Assembly: GCA_028534125.1 (NCBI GenBank)
Contig: CM052816.1
Coordinates: forward strand, 95,916,001 to 95,980,000
Source: Lama glama
Lineage: Eukaryota
Direction of reading: 5' to 3'
Length of the DNA stretch: 64,000 bases
Under the pieces are notes generated by a model. The model had not been told where the DNA came from. It saw only the letters and a list, made by a program, of their open reading frames with translations, and ran no database searches. Below are positions 49,027-61,980 of the stretch, one piece after another. The position numbers and the translations under genes were made by a program. Each line of letters begins with the position of its first letter. The first letter of the stretch is position 1.

Positions 49027-50296
49027 CCAGTATTTGTTTTGTCTTGTAAAACAGCTTATTTCTTTATTTAACTTAACCTAAAAATGTACATGTGCATAAT
49101 AGTTTGGAAAATAAAAAAAATACCTCTGATGAACTGTCTAAATAATGTTAAAAGCAGCTGCATTGTCCTGACTGTGTAAAAGGCTGTGTGACTTCCGTTT
49201 CAGTGGGAAACCAATTTGATGAAGGCCTGTGATGAATTTCCACAACTAAAACATGAAAAAAGGGACACTTATCTGAAGACTCATTGGAGACTGAATTTAG
49301 GAGATTTTATTTCTGTTAAACATTATTAATTCCATAGTTAATTTGAACCTCAAAGTCTTGGTTTGACTTTCCGGATTAAAATTGTTCTTGTGGAAACCCT
49401 GGAGTTAAAACCATTCAGGAGAGTGAGGCATCGTTCTGGACGCACGTCCCTTTATTTGCACGTGGCCCTTGTCTCTCCTCATTTTCTCTCTTGTACGTGT
49501 CACCTGGCTGCTCCAGAGGTGTGAGATCCTATATTACATTAGCTTGATCTTACCTTACTCCCTAGAAGTTGGCAGCATCCTTTATTGAATAATCCGTGGA
49601 TGTAGGCATTGTGTTTGTCTGCGAGGGTGACAGAGGAGGGCAGAAGGGAGATCTTTGAGAAGGTTTAATCCCTATAGATGGGGGCCTCTAATACAGAGAG
49701 GCCACCTTGGGCCCATGCTCTGGACCATGGAGAAGTTAAAGGAGGGGCTTGGGGACAGGTGTGTCAGCGCCCTTACCTGAGCATCCCTTCAGATACCTGT
49801 GACCCTGTGCGCATATCAGGCAGACACTCTCATCTGTTACCTCCTCCCTGGGAGAAGCCAGGCCCCCTCCCTGGAGACATGACAAACACGGATACACCAG
49901 GGACACACCGACATGCATTGTTGCTGCAGGAAGTTTGGAACCTAGCGACGGCAAGAAAGTACTTGAGTTGAAGAGCATTCTCGCCAAAGACTTGAAGGAC
50001 TGTTGACTGGGAGGGAGGTTTTCCTTGTCATTGGTGCCCCAGAGGAAAGAATTAGGGCCAATGGGGAAAAAAAAAAACTTAATAATTTAGAGTCACTAAG
50101 GAATGGAATGGGCTGGCTTTGAGGGTTCAGGTAGGTTTGATACCACTTAGCAGTAACATACAGAGAGGCATTAAATCCTGAAATTCTTACTCCTTCCTTA
50201 ACCATCATTTTTGTTTTAGTTTGTATTTATTCCAGGATCATTATTTCTAGACAGAGAGCCTTGGCATGTTTTTAACAAGATAAGCTAAAAAATCAA

Positions 50297-50827
50297 ATTT
50301 TCAGATAGTTTTAAATTTACAGAAAGGTTGCCAGGATAGTACCGCATTCCCATGTCCCATGCATCCGGAGCTCTGTTGTTAACGTCTTACGTTAGCGTGC
50401 TGTGTGGTCACCGGGAAACACCAGCAGTGATGCGCTATTACATTAGTGTTAACTAAGGTCCATACTTTATTTGGACTTCCTCAGTTTTTCCCTCATGTCC
50501 TTTCTCGTGGGATCATGTTCCAGGACCCCATGGAGGATACCAGATTAACTTGTCATGTCCTCCTAGGTTCCTTGGGGCTGTGACAGTTTCTCAGACTTGT
50601 CCGTGTTTGCGATGACCATGACAGTTTTGAGGAATGCTGGTCAGGCAGTCTGTAGACTGTCTCTCAGTTTGGGTTTGTCTGATGTTTTTCTCTGGACTAA
50701 ATGGTAGTTATGAGTTTTGGGAGGAAAGCCAGCGAGGTGAAGTGCTGTCCTCGTGGGTTTTAGGGGTACAGCCATTAGCATGACTTGTGACCGATGGTGT
50801 TGACTTGATCACCTGGCTGAGATGGTA
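50297..50827 (-). mobile_element. L1MC-like 3' end
   Basis: taactaaggtccatactttatttggacttcctcagtttt...gtgacagtttctcagact...gacagttttgagga...ttgatcacctggctgag. Confidence 0.8.
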
Positions 50828-50879
50828 TGAAACATGGAATATATATAAATCCAGAGCCTCTGGAGGGGCCCACGGCCCG

Positions 50880-51193
50880 AAGTGAGCTCCACTCTGTGGT
50901 CCCTGCTTCCCAGCCTTGCTGCCCCCAGCCCCGTCTGGCCCTCCTTCTCTCTGGGCTTACTGATCCTCTCCTTCCCGGGGCTGTCTCAGCATCCTGTCCC
51001 AGCCACCTGCTACCCCGTGTCCTGCTGTCTTCCCCTGTGGCCACCGGCATCCTGCGTGGGCTTCTGTGTCTGTCTGGTTAGTGTCCCCTTCCCTGGAGGG
51101 CCGGCCCAGGAGGGCAGAGGACTGGCTTTGTTCACTCGACACACACAGTAGGTGCTCAAAAAATATTGGATGAGCAAGTGAATGAATGAATGA
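50880..51193 (+). mobile_element. L2 3' end
   Basis: Ends cacacagtaggtgctcaaaaaatattggatgagcaagtgaatgaatgaatga. Confidence 0.75.
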
Positions 51194-53842
51194 TTTGTAG
51201 AAAGAATGGTCACAGCCTTTGGACCATGCTCCCCTACAACTGAGGTTACAGTCTGGGGGTGAATAAGGCCTGATACTGGGCCACAGTGATGGGCCTTCCT
51301 CAGATGCTGTTGGTGGGGATCATTTGGCTTTTTTCTGCGAACTTTTCTAATAATTTCGATTCTGAGGATTGTGAGGTTCAGTGGCACTCCATTTTTCTCC
51401 AGTGCTTTTCTTTATAAAGGTCTGAACTTCTGGTTACCGTGTGTGCTGTGATGGTATTTGCAGAAGCACACGGTCTAGGAGGATTAAAACGGGTTTCAAT
51501 CAGGGAAATGCATGAGCATCAATTGGAAATATCCACTCTGCAAAGGGAGGGGGTAATGTAACAGGCGTAGCGGGTCCCCTCATAGATGCTATGTTAGATG
51601 TAATGATGGTGTAGTCCATTTATAGGTCTGAAAAACCAGCCCGTGCTGGTCTAGGCACGGTCTTCGATGTCTTAGGCCTCGCTGGTTTCAGCACTTCATT
51701 ATGTGGATCTTGTGATAGTTTGCTGGTTCTTGGCTTCAGTACATGCACAGCAGCTGGAAACATATCTAAGGAATTTTTCCTTCTCCTGAGACATGGAACA
51801 CTCCGTGGCCAACCTCGCAAAGGCTGCTGTCAGCGTTAATTACTGGGTGAGAGAAAATAAATGAGCAAATTAGAGAATCAGCGCCAAATTAAGACGCTAG
51901 AATGGTCGTGGCAGCTGGTTCAGGTTGTTTTTGCATTTTGGCGATGGAAAGCTTTTTCTTGCTTTGTGAACCCTGAGCTGAGCCATGGAAAATTCCGGGG
52001 CGTGGTCCTATGTTAATACCATGTAAAAAAAAAACAGCATTAAAATTCTTTTTCTTTTTTTTTTGTAGATCCATCAGCAATGTGGTAGGCACAAAGTGGG
52101 ATGCAAATGTTTCATTCTGAAATGTTTCAGAGCTCTTTTTAGATTTCAGCTGGAAGTGAGGCTCTCACTTAAAAAAAGTCACAACCAGGAGGACTTTGCA
52201 AACAAGGTCAGCTTTGATTTGTACACTCCGCCGGTGAGTAATAACATGGTGGCGATGAGCGGCGACATGGTTTGCAGAGAAAGGAGGAAAACCAAACACA
52301 AACACACAAAATGAGGCAAAAACTCACATAAACACGCTAGGAGGGCTGGAACTCAGCTTTACATTTATGTCTTTATAATATGCCAGAGTTATTAATTTAG
52401 CCCCGAGAGTGGTAATTCAGATAGCAGGTGCTCCAAATGAGCTTTCATTTATCAAGCTCAAAAATATTTTCTGCTCTGATGTGGAATGAAAAAAATTAGT
52501 GAAAGGTAAATATGTCCTTCTGGGCTATCAAAGTATCACGGAGACGCCAATTGACAGTTTTTTTTTTTTCCACTCCATTCTGTTGTGATTCCGTACCTTC
52601 TCCTTTTGTTAATGGAGTGGCTGGTTTCTCCTGGTGGGGCTGCACTCAACATCAGGCAGGGCACAAGCTGATCTGAAAAGGGAGAAGGTAACACCTGAAG
52701 AGGCAGTGAGGGAGAGAGCGCGTCAAACGGGTAAGTAGGAGAATCTACAAAACCCCCCGCGGGGTGTTGCTTGTGGCAGTGGAATTGGACGGATGGACGT
52801 CTCTAGGCAGTGGGCCAGCTGGCATTAAGCGTCAAAGTGTTCCTCCTTCATTTTCTCTCTGTAAATAATGTGCGGATCCAGATTGATTCTTCCATAGGAA
52901 ATCTGTAGAGGACCAACTTAGTAAGCACTTAATAGGCAGGATCCTTGAGATCATTCATCTTCCTTAGGTGTAAATTGGACCCTTTAGAAGCTACATGAAT
53001 TTCTTAAATCTTGAAAACTGGTGAGATGCTGCCCAAGAGTTAATCCACCTCCAAGAGATACACCTTTACCCAAAGGATGAGCTGACTCTAGTAAGGGCCC
53101 ATTTTAGCTTTAGAAGACACGAAACCTTAGATTTAAATTGAGTCACACCTAACTAACTCAGTTGTAAAAAACATGTAATTTAATAACTCCACAGCCAGTC
53201 AGACAATCTGTGTAGGCCTGTGTTACGTCTCCTGAAAATTTGGCTATTTCTGGGAAAAGTTTTGGTGGATTTGCCCACTTTTTTCTTGGCGGGGGGTGTG
53301 GGGTAGGGTGGGGTGGAGGAATAGAGCTGCTTTGACCTTTGTAAACTGCAAGTCATTTTTGAAGTTTTTGTCTGGTTGCCGTGGTTACTGCTCCTGTCTC
53401 GTTTGCATGGGATGATGTAAATCACTGCTCGTCTTGACCTTTCTCACCTGTTGCTACCGTAAACCATGACCAGAAGGGGAAAAGCTCCTTTGCATTAGTT
53501 TGCTTTTTGTGTGTGTTCCAGGCCTGCAAGTGTGAGTTGTTATGCTAACAGGAAAGCAAACGGGAGGGAGGCAGCTCAGGGGGGAGGTGCGGCCCCTAGA
53601 TTCTTTGGTGATACTGTTTTCTTTATAATGAGCGGGGAAGATAATCTTTGTAAACTTTAATGATGCACAAAAACTGGCCATTTCACTGATTAATTGTATT
53701 CAGACTCGTCGTGTTAGCTGAGGAATTCCAAGTCATTGCCAACTAGCTTCATTAATAACAGAAATTAATTATAGTCAAGAGTTTGAAAAAGTAAACTAAC
53801 AAGTGACGTTTTTGGTCTTGACTGCACTCCTGGTGTTCATTC

Positions 53843-54009
53843 CACTGCTTCGCGTCCCTCAAAGTACGTACACAGCATCTGGGGGTTCTGTGAAAATGTA
53901 GAAACTGACCCAGTGGTTCCTGGATGGGGCCTGAGATGCTGCACTTCCGATAAGCTCCCCGACGATGCTGATGCCACTGGTCCTGGGCCCTCACTCTGAG
54001 TAACCACAG
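53843..54009. mobile_element. MER5A-like MITE
   Basis: catctgggggttctgtgaaaatgtaga...ggatggggcctgagatgctgcacttccgataagctcccc...gatgctgatgcc. Confidence 0.75.
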
Positions 54010-55008
54010 TTACACTGTGCAAAGCTCTGGAAGCCTTAAAAACCTCAGAGTAAATCCCTTTTCCTCCTCCATAGACATTTAGTGAGCAGGCTAGGTAAAA
54101 TTCCCACTGAACCTCACTGTCCTTTATTTATGAAAAAATGTGATTATCAACAGGCATCGCAGAATTCATTTTTCCACTGGGGTTTGTTCTTTGAATGGTG
54201 ACCGCAATCATGGGCTTTTTTCCGCATCCATTAGGACTTGGGAATTTTTTTTTATTGTACTTTATTGACCAAAAAGCCATAGATGTTCCTGTGTTAATGT
54301 CGTTGAGAAGAAAGTAAATAATCAGAAGCTGGTATGACTGACATTTTTCGCTACTTCCTTCCAGAGAAGCTGATGTGGGAATAATTCCAGGATTTGGTAG
54401 AATGGAGAGATTCTTTTTAGTTCAGTGGTACTGGTGTTGCCCCCATTGGATTTCATGCAAATTTCAGAGTCTGACGGGCATGTTCTTTACGTAAGTGTGT
54501 CTCTGTGGAGCTGTGGTTCGCAGACTCCTCTCAGGGAGTCCCACGTGTCCCACGGGGTGTCACTCCAGTGTGGCTCCAGGTCTCCTCCCACCCATTTGCC
54601 CCTCGACGCCCTTCAGGGAGCTTCCTCCTGTGGGGCTCCTGGATGCTTTGATGAGCCAACGTCTCAGGAAATGGCCAACCTTCCAGTAAATGGAAGGCCA
54701 TGCAAAACATCGTTCCTCTTCGACTGGGTTCCTTTGGAGGAGATGATGAAGATTCTTTGGTTTACACAAAAGTGAAGGCAGTTTTTTAAATTTTTAAAAT
54801 GTGACCACTGTGGATGGTACCCTGTGTGACTGAGTACGTGAAGGATCCCTGTGACAGTGTGTGGAAACTGGGTAGGAGGAATCTGTTTTTCTAGAGATTC
54901 TAAGTGGGTCACCCCTGCACCCCCAACCCCAAGTGATGACGCTCCAAAATCCCTTACACTCGGAGGCCTTTCAGGTCTCCCTACCGTTAAGATGGCTCTT
55001 GCTCTTCA

Positions 55009-55292
55009 TGGGTGTCTGGTATGTCTCTGCATGTGTCTGTGTGTGCATGCGCGTCTGTGTGAATTTGCATGTATGTGTCAGTGTGTGCGTGCACGTGTGG
55101 TGCCTGGGTGGGTCTGTATGCACCTGATTCCTGTGTGTGCATGTGGTGTGTGATCTGTGTGTGTCCTTCTATCTAAACATATGGAGTCGTGTGTATCTCT
55201 GTCTCTCTGTCTGCATGTTTATGTGGTGCGCACGTTTATATATTTACGCATGCGTGTGGCATGTGTTTTGTGTGGTGTGTGTATTTGTGTGC
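55009..55292. repeat. Degenerate (TG)n / alternating purine-pyrimidine tract
   Basis: tgtgtgtgcatgcgcgtctgtgtg...tgtgtgcgtgcacgtgtg seen directly. Confidence 0.85.
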
Positions 55293-55850
55293 ATTGGGAG
55301 CAGAGCTGGATTTTAGCATACTTTCTTAGGGAGGTTAAGAAATGCAAATCCCGTGCTAAATTTATTTTCAGATTTTAAGCTGCCATGAAAATGTTTTCTT
55401 CGCTTTCTCTGTCCCATCAGTTTCTGCTCAGGAGTCCAATCTGAAAGTGGTGGCGCCTCCTTGGTGGCTGCCATTCCCGGGTCATTGCCGGGTTAGCTGC
55501 ACACGCTCTGCACTGGCCGGGGCGGGACGAAACGTAGCCATTGCTTTGTTAGCAGCTGAAAGCTCTTCTGTTTATGTAGTTCTTAGATGATGTGGGATTA
55601 ATTGGGGACGTTGCACGCCTCTCAAGCTTTCTGCTCAGCCCTCTGTTGCTGCAGCCACATTAGGCATGCATTTTCACACTTATTTCAAAGGTCTTAGTGA
55701 AAGTTGCCAAGTATTCTTACTGTTACAAAGCTCCCCTATATCAACTTATAAAAAAGTTTCTGTCCAGTTTTTGATTGCACGATGGACTAGTGGGTTGTGA
55801 AAACTGTATCCTCCCACATATGATGCACAGTGCATGTGTCTTGATGCACC

Positions 55851-56363
55851 ACGTGGTAACAGAGGACCCCAAAGATGTCCCCTTTCTAATTCCTGGAACC
55901 TGGGAACGTCACCTTACATGGCAAAAGGAACTTGGCAGACGTGACTGAGTTAAGGGTCTTGTGATGGGAGATTATCCTGCTTGTCCACAGAGTTCTGAAT
56001 GTAATCACGAGAGTCATTATGAAGGGGAAGCAGCTGCATATTTGCGACAGACAGATCGGAGAGGGGGATGTGAAGATGGAGCAAGAAGAGATCTGAAGGT
56101 GCTCTGCTGTTGGCCTTGAAGATGGAAGTGATGATTGGAGCCAATGGATGCAAGAGTGTAGCACTCAAAACTGGAAAAGACAAGGAGATGCATTCCATCT
56201 AGAGCCTTCTGTGTAGCCTTGCTGAGGTCTTGGTTTCATCCCAGGGAGGCCTGCTTCAAATTTCTGACCTTCAGAAATGCAAGGGAATAAATTTGAGTTG
56301 TGTTAAGCCACCAAGTTTATCATCATGTGTTATAGCGGTAGTTTGTTCCATAGGAAGCTAACA
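55851..56363 (+). mobile_element. MLT1D-like solo LTR
   Basis: ccccaaagatgtcc...taattcctggaacctg...ccttacatggcaaaagg...ggccttgaagatggaag...AATAAA (56286-56291)...ataggaagctaaca. Confidence 0.85.
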
Positions 56364-56510
56364 CGCCACTTCACTATCTAATTAGCAAGAGTTTTGTCTA
56401 AGAACATTGAGTTTTTAAAAAATAAAATTAATATTGAAATGTATAAGAAGCATATGTAAAACTGTAACAGCTATAGTGATTGGAATGAGTGGAGAATTAA
56501 ACTGCAAGAA

Positions 56511-57018
56511 TTAGCCATGACCTGGAAACAACCTAAATGTCCATTGAGAGAGGACTGGATAAAGAAGTTGTGGTATATTTATATGATGGAATACTACTCA
56601 GCCATAAAAAGAATAAAATAATGTCATTTGCAGCAACATGGATGAAGCTGGAGATTGTCTTTCTAAATGAAGTAAGCCAGAAAGAGAAAGAATACCTTAT
56701 GATATCACTCATATGTGGAATCTTAAAAAAAAAAGAAGAAGAAAAAGAGGACACTAATGAACTCATCTACAAAACAAACACACTGGCAGACATAGTAAGC
56801 AATCTTATGGTTACCAGGGAAATGGGGTGGGAGGGGATAAATTTGGGAGTTCGAGATTTGCAAATGTTATGTGCTATATAACAAATAGGTGAAAAATAAA
56901 AGAATATGAAAATGAATATATGTATATTTATGCATGACTGGGGCATTGTGCTGTACACCTGAAATTGACACATTATAACTGACTATACTTCAATTAAAAA
57001 TGAATAAAAATGAAAAAA
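56511..57018 (+). mobile_element. Relatively young lineage L1 3' end
   Basis: ORF2 C-terminal remnant (tggaaacaacctaaatgtccattg), 3' UTR ending ctgtacacctgaaattgacacattataactgactatacttcaatt, then an A-rich tail. Confidence 0.9.
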
Positions 57019-58224
57019 TGTGAAAATTCAGAAGCTGACTCGGGGGTGTGGATTGTTTGGAAACGCTTTGGAAGCCAACAGAACCAGTGGTTCTGTGGTT
57101 TCTTGGCATCCTGTGTCCCAGCTCTGTGCTGTACCATCTGTTTTGTGTCGGAGCTGCTGCCACCGAGACCTAGAGCAATCCGAGTCGGTAGATTTTGCTG
57201 AGGACGTGATGATCTCTTTGTTCCCAACCTTGCCATCCTCTTCTCCCTCTTGTCCCCCGCAAAATAAATATGTGTTCCCAGTGGCTGGAATTTTCTGGGA
57301 TGCTCCTCCCTAAGCTGTACATATTTTAGATTTGATAAACACACGTTGGAAAGAAAACTTTTTTTTTTTTTACAACATTTGATGGAATCTAGAGAATTTA
57401 GTATCTTTTTGGATGAGATGCAGAGAGAATTCACTTGGGATTATTTCCTCCCCACTCGGGACAGTAGAATTCTCAGCATAATAATGTTAGAGGAGGAAGT
57501 AGTTAGTGTTCTGAAATTTACTGAAACATACTTTAAACCCATGTGACTGTGATTTTTTTTTTCTTTTTTGGTTCTTGAGATGGGAGATTAATTTTCTTAA
57601 GATTTCAGTGGGAGGATTCACACCGACAACCATGAACACACTTCACTCCTCACTTTGCATGCTTTTTCTTTTGCATCTCATTTCAGTGAAAAGAGGCAGA
57701 ACGTTTTTGCTACTTGAACTTGGCTGCGTTTTATTTTTCATCTTCATTAATGCTTTCCTTGTTTTGGCACACAGCACTATTTGGTTCACAACGCTCTAGG
57801 AGATGTGCTTAATGACTGAAAAACTTTGACTGCAATTCAGGAAGAACATGCAGGGGAACATATTGGTTCAGGTTAAGTTTGTGTGACTCTCAAAAACAGA
57901 TAAAAATAATCTGCAGCTCAACCACATGGGTGCTTTCCTTGAAAGGATTTGGTTGTGAGTGGAACAGAAAGAGACCGTGTCCAAGGCATTCATTTAAAAT
58001 GCCTTAAAAGGAGAAGCAAGATGCATCGCTCTGCTCCTGTTGGCTCGAGACCAGGCTCTTCCCAAGGTCAGCCCACAGTGCCAGGGTACTGTCCATCCAG
58101 CGGTAGAATCGATCAGGAATGTTGAGTTCTGAATTCACTCTGTGTGCACTGTGTGCTCAGTTCTCTGAATACCTAATGAAAAAATGAAAAGAAAGAAAAT
58201 AACTCTGGATTATAATTTAGAAGA

Positions 58225-58276
58225 CCATGACCTCGTGCATGCTAAGCACACACTATACCACTGATTTATACACTCC
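58225..58276 (-). mobile_element. vic-1-like SINE head fragment
   Basis: gacctcgtgcatgctaagcacacactataccactgatttatacactcc; tail absent. Confidence 0.75.
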
Positions 58277-58283
58277 TACTAAA

Positions 58284-58518
58284 TTTTTTTATTAAAATAC
58301 AGTTGATTCACAATGTTATATTAGTTTCTGGTATATGCACAGTGATTCACTTATACACATATACACATACTCTTTTTTGTATTCTTTTCCGTTGCAGGTT
58401 ACTACAAGCCATTGAATATAGCTCCCTGTGCTGTACAGCAGGACCTTGTTGTTTATCTATTCCGTACATAGTAGTTTGTATCTGCCAATCCCAAACTCGC
58501 AATTTATCCCTCCCAACA
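58284..58518 (-). mobile_element. L1 3' end fragment
   Basis: cagttgattcacaatgttatattagtttctgg...attgaatatagctccctgtgctgtacagcaggaccttgttg. Confidence 0.85.
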
Positions 58519-60559
58519 CTCAGGAGTCTTTAGAGGAGCTAAAGATTAGACATGCGCAAACCCTTCCTAAAATATAATTTTATGTAAAAAGAGATGCTTT
58601 ATTTTGAAGGTGTTTTGCACATTGCTGATGCAGGAGAGAAGTAAACATTCTGTGCACTTGTTTACTCTTCTCGGTGAGGTTGAGAAGAGCTGGTTCTGCT
58701 CCCATGCTGTGAAGCAGGGAGCTGGATCTGGGGCTGTTTCGGCTCCTCTTGCTTCTGGGAGCCACAACTGTGACCTCCTCTAGCCTTTGATGTCAGGAAC
58801 CTGGAACCAATGAATACCCCTCTGCCTTCATTCATTCCCACACTTTTATAAGGGATGTTTCCAGATTCTCCATTGTTCATTCCTGGCTAAGAGAGAACGA
58901 GTTGTCTGTGCAAAGAAGAGCAGATGGGAAGAGAGGTCGCCCTTTGTCTGAGGATGGGATTGTTGGCATTTGTGTTACGTACCATTATTCAGCATTATTT
59001 CCCCTCAAATCATTTGTTTCCTGGTTATTAACAGGGCAATTTAGTTTTGCTTTTGCATTATGCCTGGGGCGCACCGGACAAGTCAGACTGGAATATTTGC
59101 AGGTTGGAGGGGTCTTCTGGGAGACTCGGTGCCCTCCACTTCTCTAATGAGGGCTGTTGCCTCCAGTATATCAGAGATGCTTTTTCTTGGATTCTGAGAA
59201 TCTGGAATGATATTCACAAGTGCTTACAATGTCAGATAGTTTTCACCCTTGTGATTGCCTCCTGGATTATCCAGATAGAAAAGTTAGACTCTGTTGTAGA
59301 AAGGATATACCTCCTTGACTTTGCGTAAACTGAGAATGGGACATTTTCCAATTCCGTGTCGTGATGAATAGTGTAGGTTAGAGGAACTTGGTCGTATCAT
59401 GAAATCTCTTGGATGTGATGCACTCTTGAGTAGTTGTAGAAGGATTATGCTGCACAGTGAGAGATACACCTGTGAAATGCATCACCCAAGAGCTCAGGGA
59501 TCTACTACAATTACTCCCTGAATGTGAAGCCCATGAGGGTTTGGATAAGCTCATGAATTAAAAAGCCCTTCATGGCTACTGAGAGACGGTTTCTAACTCT
59601 TAAGCTTGATACCAGGAAAGGCAGTGTTTGACACTCACAGCCACAGAAACGTGGACTGAAATTTGAATACCTTAAACAGAAACTTCTAGTTACACGCCTG
59701 TTGGAATTGGCATAGTAAGCTGAATGGACCACAATTCAGTTTATTTAGGAGTTTTGTGATTGTGTGTAATGGTTGTCACCAAAATCTTCCGCAAACTTGT
59801 TGAGCTCAGTTCCTTGAATTCCTATCTGAAATTATACCTTAAAACATTTCTCTCCTGAGGGATCAGAAAGATGGTCTTAGGTTAGAATTTTTCTTGGAAG
59901 GTAAATGGAAGGAATTCTAATATGTACCCATACATGTACAATATCATAAACTTTGCATTAACTTGGGAGAAGGGCCTGACATATCAAAATTTGAAAGAAC
60001 ATGCATTATTACTTATTTCAACCATTAACTGTAAATTGAACAAGGTGAACAAAAGATTCCTTAAAAATTATCCTATGATTTTAATCCCCCAGAGATGAGA
60101 CTCCTTTGCTAACTAAAAATAGTCATATTTTATAATGATGTCTAAATGAGCTCTTACAAAGAACTTGAAAAATTCAAGTTATGAAACATGTTATTTGCCT
60201 CCCGATAGTTTGTGCTCACTAATTGAGGAATAAAACATCATCTATGAATCATATGAAATGACCATTTTGTAGGTTGAATTTTGTCAAATAGCAGGGATTT
60301 TCTGTGATCAGATTTGCTTTAATTCTCCCAAGCAAGCAACAAACATTTATTATATTATTTTTTAACTATTCTCCAGAATATTGGCAGCCTCCAAATCCTC
60401 AGTGGACCCTTTGTTGAAAGGATAAATGAGCAAATGGACAGAAAACTGAATGGGTAGATGAGTAGGAGTTTGGCGCGCAGGCTTGTGCCAGGAGCCATGG
60501 GGCTAAAGTGGTGTCTTTTTTCTCTTAAAGTTCGTTGCAGATTCCATGACGTTATTTTT

Positions 60560-60860
60560 TTCTATCACTCTGGCCCCTTGGATATGGGCTCCGCAGAGAG
60601 CCCTTCTGTGGACATCTTACCTGAAATAACCCATCATTGTTCTCACGGGAGGGCTGTTGCTTCTCGCTCTGCCTTCAGTTCCTTCCTCACTCCCATCGCT
60701 ATTTGAAATAATGTGCTTTCTAGTTTATATATTGTTTCTCTTCTGTCTTCTGCACTAAGGTCCATGATTGAAGGCACCTTGTCTTACTCAGTAATGTATC
60801 TCCAGTTCCTAGAAGAGTGGCACGTGGTTAGTCAATATTTTATGGATGACTGAAGGAATC
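60560..60860 (+). mobile_element. L2 3' end
   Basis: ctccgcagagagcccttct...tgtatctccagttcctagaagagtggcacgtggttagtcaatattttatggatgactgaa. Confidence 0.65.
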
Positions 60861-61559
60861 ATTTGAAGAGATACTATTTAGTGAGGTTAACTGATTTGCA
60901 CATAGTCTTTCCCAGAAACTAAGCTTTTGGATAAAACTCTGAGACTTCCTACAGAATTTCGAATGTTAGAATGGTGACACTGTGGGCCCACATAGATGGG
61001 CTGACACCAGTCCTGCAGAGGGACCCAAGGGCTCTAGAACTAATACCATTTCATTCAGGACTTTTTGTTGAATGTCTGAGTGCTTGGCAATGGATACTTA
61101 GTGGATCTTGGAAGAAATGCAGAAGTGGGCTTTCCAAGTCCTGTGTCCGCATCCTGTCTCTTGGTCCTCAGCCCCATTGTCACCTGCCTTCCCCTGCTAG
61201 TAATGCAGCTCTGGAGAAAGGTGGTGACCTTCTCCTGGACCTACCACTATAGCTTCTGCGTGACCAGAATTGGCCAGTGGTGGCAGATGACTTGGCCTCT
61301 TCTCTTTCAGAAGTGGAGATTTCACTGTCAGATATGCTGTTTTCACTGTTGGATCCACAAGGGTTCTGATGAGCATCCTCTTGGGTTGCCAGTGAGATGC
61401 TATCTTGAGCCTTTGTCCTTTAATTCTCTTTGCATTTGTTATTAACTTTAAGCTCTTACTCAGAAATAGACACCCCAAACCCAGTACTGGACAAGATGGA
61501 CATGGCTGTACAATCTCACAGAACTTCCGTTGTGCTAAAGAAGATGGGAAGTCGCAAAG

Positions 61560-61980
61560 GAACTGCACTGAAGTGGGAGGAGGGTTACTGAAGGCTCCAT
61601 GTGGGAAGAGAGGGAGGTGGCAAGGGGGGTTCAGGGAAGGCCTTAAACAGGAGGGCCATTATGTGGACATCTGAGGGAAGGAATGGGCCTAGGTGGGGCG
61701 GTGGGACAGGCAGTGGGAGCTGTGTGCTGAAGGGCTGGGATGCGAGACAGCTTGGAGCAGCTGGAAGCGTTCTGTCCGGCCAGGGTCTGTCCGGTGTCAG
61801 GGGCTTGCATCTGTGGGATTCTGCAAACCATCTGTTCTGCAGCGTGAATGGGGGGAAGGAAGACAAGGCCGGAGGCAGGGAGACCAGTTTGGGAGCCTCT
61901 TCAATAGCCCGAGTCCAGTATGATGGTGGCTTTAATTAGAGGGTGAGAGGAAAATGGTCCACTTAACAGGAATTTAGGAG
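61560..61980 (-). mobile_element. L2 internal fragment
   Basis: Purine-rich, with tcagggaaggcctt and ggcagggagaccagtttgggagcctcttcaatagcccgag...tgatggtggc. Confidence 0.55.
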
